A stretch of DNA of 46,754 nucleotides. It comes from an uncultured bacterium (GTDB lineage Bacteria > Zixibacteria > MSB-5A5 > JAABVY01 > JAHJOQ01). The notes below the pieces were generated by a model. It worked only from the letters and a program-made list of their open reading frames with translations. It did no database searches and was not told the DNA's origin. The position numbers and the translations under genes are program-made. Location: positions 1 to 46,754 of the forward strand of contig CBDUQR010000021.1 in NCBI GenBank assembly GCA_965369655.1, read 5' to 3'. Below are positions 44,835-46,754 of this stretch, one piece after another (positions within the stretch are counted from its first letter, which is position 1; every line of letters starts with the position of its first letter).

Positions 44835-46043
44835 CTATTTCCCACTCGAATGCATGGCTGGTCGTTTCATCTGCCTGGCGCGTTCTGCGATATCGGTTAT
44901 CGCATCAATAGCCGCATCTATGTGCTGCTCAGTGTTGAATGCGCCAATCGAGAAACGCACTCCCCCATGAATTTCCACAAGGCCGAGCTGTTTATGCACA
45001 AGCGGAGCGCAATGCAGACCTGTTCTCGTAGCGATATCGAAATCGACATCGAGCATTATTCCGACATCGCCGGCTTCGAGACCATCGACGTTGATCGTCA
45101 CAGTCGACAGGTGATTCTCGAGGCTGTCGCAGCAATACATCCTGACACCATCGATATTCCTGAATCCGTCGACCATCTTCTGAGCCAGCTTCATCTCATG
45201 CTCGTATATCGGTGTAAAACCACCCTGCTCGTCGAACCAATCCTGAGCAGCCCAGAGCGACGCCACACCTACCATGTTTGGCGTGCCGTATTCCATTCGA
45301 TATGGGTATTCTTCGAGGTGATATGGAAAGGCGGACCTGATGCCGGTGCCGCCGCTTCGTGTCTGTTTGATCTCGACATGTTCGCGCACGCACATGCCGC
45401 CGATTCCGGTCGATCCGAGAAGCGATTTATGACCTGTGAACGCAAGGACATCGATATTCATCGCTTTCATATCTATCGGGATCACACCCGCAGTCTGCGA
45501 AACATCAACGGCAAACAGAACGCCTTTCTCCTTGCAGACGGCGCCGATTTCCCCGATCGGCTGAATCGTGCCGATGACGTTCGAGCCGTGGTTGACGATA
45601 ACGATCTTGGTGCTCGGCTTGATTGCGTCGCGGATATCGTCGGGATTGACGAAGCCCGCGCTGTCGAACGGAATATACGTTGCCTCGACGCCGTGATCCC
45701 GGACCATACAGTTCACCGGTCTGATCACAGAGTTATGTTCAAGATTGGTTGTGATAACGTGATCTCCCGAGGATAGAATACCCTGGATGATAAGATTCAG
45801 GGAATCGGTCGCATTGTACGAGAAGCAGAGCCTTTCGGGTACGGCGAGATCACCCCCGAAGAACTTTGTCAGGCGTTTGCGGAGATCTTCGAGGACATTT
45901 CCAGCCTCGATAGCCTTGTCGAAACCGCTTCGTCCCGGATTGACGCCGCAATCGCGGTAGAATTCGATCATGAAATCGTAAACTTTATCAGGCTTCGGCC
46001 ATGACGTTGTTGCATTGTCCAAATAGATTAGTTTGTCCACCAC
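44835..46043 (-). CDS. Class V PLP aminotransferase / cysteine desulfurase-like protein
   Basis: IYLDNATTSWPKP, NPGRSG, EHNSV, AFTGHK, GTPN, RTGLHCAP. Confidence 0.9.
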   Translation of the reverse strand: MVDKLIYLDNATTSWPKPDKVYDFMIEFYRDCGVNPGRSGFDKAIEAGNVLEDLRKRLTKFFGGDLAVPERLCFSYNATDSLNLIIQGILSSGDHVITTNLEHNSVIRPVNCMVRDHGVEATYIPFDSAGFVNPDDIRDAIKPSTKIVIVNHGSNVIGTIQPIGEIGAVCKEKGVLFAVDVSQTAGVIPIDMKAMNIDVLAFTGHKSLLGSTGIGGMCVREHVEIKQTRSGGTGIRSAFPYHLEEYPYRMEYGTPNMVGVASLWAAQDWFDEQGGFTPIYEHEMKLAQKMVDGFRNIDGVRMYCCDSLENHLSTVTINVDGLEAGDVGIMLDVDFDIATRTGLHCAPLVHKQLGLVEIHGGVRFSIGAFNTEQHIDAAIDAITDIAERARQMKRPAMHSSGK

Positions 46044-46227
46044 TCACTCCACTTGATAACCGGCGACAGAATTGTCACGGTAGTTGCTGTGATGCCTCTG
46101 TAGGTCTGGAATTAAGCGATAACATGCAGTTATGACAAGCGTTTTCTGAAAGGTGGAGGTTGCAGCAATCTTTGTCAAATCAAAATAAAGTGGGCCTGTT
46201 ATGTATTTATTTTTGTCGGAATTGATC

Positions 46228-46518
46228 CTAAACGATCGTAATCACCGCAGCGCCGGTGAATCTCCCATTTCGCAGATCATCGAGAGCTTTGTTCGTATCA
46301 TGCAACGGATAGAGATGTACCTCCGATCGCACCGGCACCTTCGGCGCGAGCGCAAGAAACTCCTCGCCGTCGCGTCGGGTAAGGTTCGCGACAGATTTTA
46401 TCGTGCGCTCCTCCCACAGGATCGAGTATGGGAACGACGGTATATCGCTCATGTAAATCCCGGCACAGACCACTATACCGCCCTTCGCGACAGCGCGCAA
46501 AGCCGCAGGCACGAGACC
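46228..46518 (-). pseudogene. C-terminal fragment of a zinc-binding alcohol dehydrogenase family protein
   Basis: LVPAALRAVAKGG.VVCAGI.MSDIPSFPYSILWEER..KSVANLTRRDGEEFL; the sequence upstream of about 46520 is not ADH-like. Confidence 0.8.
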
Positions 46519-46529
46519 CTGCGGACCTT

Positions 46530-46754
46530 GTGGTCGTAGAAACTCCGGTGCATTGTGCCGCAACAACCGCACGCCGTTTTTTTTGACGCCGGTCAAGCCG
46601 TATGACCCTGGCCTTCGGGTCACCGAATATCCCCTTAATCGTGGCCCTCGGACAAAACCCGGGGAATCGGTATGTGTCCAGCAGGCTCTTCCTCTTTGAC
46701 AGAGGTGGTCCCAGTTGGTTGGACAGTTTGGCGACAGTGTTAAGGTGAATTTGG
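46530..46754 (+). mobile_element. Putative non-coding left end of an IS110-family element (partial, runs off the window)
   Basis: Begins where ADH similarity breaks; several hairpins; the motif string GGTCAAGCC..TGACCCTGG..CACCGAATA..CGTGGCCCTCGGACAAAACCCG..GTGTCCA..GGTGGTCCC resembles IS110 leaders as recalled from memory (unverified). Confidence 0.5.

Noticed and set aside
44820-45776. 318-aa plus-strand ORF and other long antisense or alternate-frame ORFs (e.g. 34649-35467, 33706-34338, 22201-22842, 19-528)
   Set aside because: They lie entirely or largely over well-supported genes, show no family motifs, and are expected shadows in GC-rich coding DNA
46519-46623. N-terminal part of ORF 46228-46623 as real protein
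   Set aside because: Not ADH-like; it is read-through into the adjacent non-coding element
46595-46630. AGCCGTATGACCC...GGGTCAC as group II intron domain V
   Set aside because: The 3' arm (GTACGGTTC-like) and domain VI are missing, so the AGC triad helix cannot form

Overview
Bacterial genomic DNA, probably from an FCB-related lineage such as Zixibacteria. That assignment is an inference from the EF-hand dockerin tail, the cohesin-like module and the YPNPFNP...KKM C-terminal domain. Bases 100-26177 hold a divergently transcribed surface-polysaccharide locus. The left arm has a flippase, an O-antigen ligase/polymerase, GT2 and GT4 glycosyltransferases, deacetylases, a DegT aminotransferase, a FemAB-like protein, a CapK-like ligase and a GT2/DUF2304/GT-C-like module. 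The right arm has an ATP-grasp ligase, three GNATs, a ThDP enzyme and two glycosyltransferases, followed by trmO/tsaA. Next come a 175-bp MITE with a 4-bp target duplication, nested REP-like repeats and a TauE pseudogene. The rest of the window holds an RsbV/RsbW/RsbU-like partner-switch operon, a small secreted protein with a C-terminal STWGKIKALF motif, a PqqD-like/M50/HlyD fusion, ClC-CBS, a C10 peptidase with PKD, cohesin-like and dockerin domains, tex, a 7-repeat SBBP protein, an AT-rich islet and a class V aminotransferase. At the right edge a truncated alcohol dehydrogenase abuts a structured non-coding stretch that may be the left end of an IS110 element, where a bridge RNA would be encoded. 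All calls come from reading motifs by eye; no searches were run.
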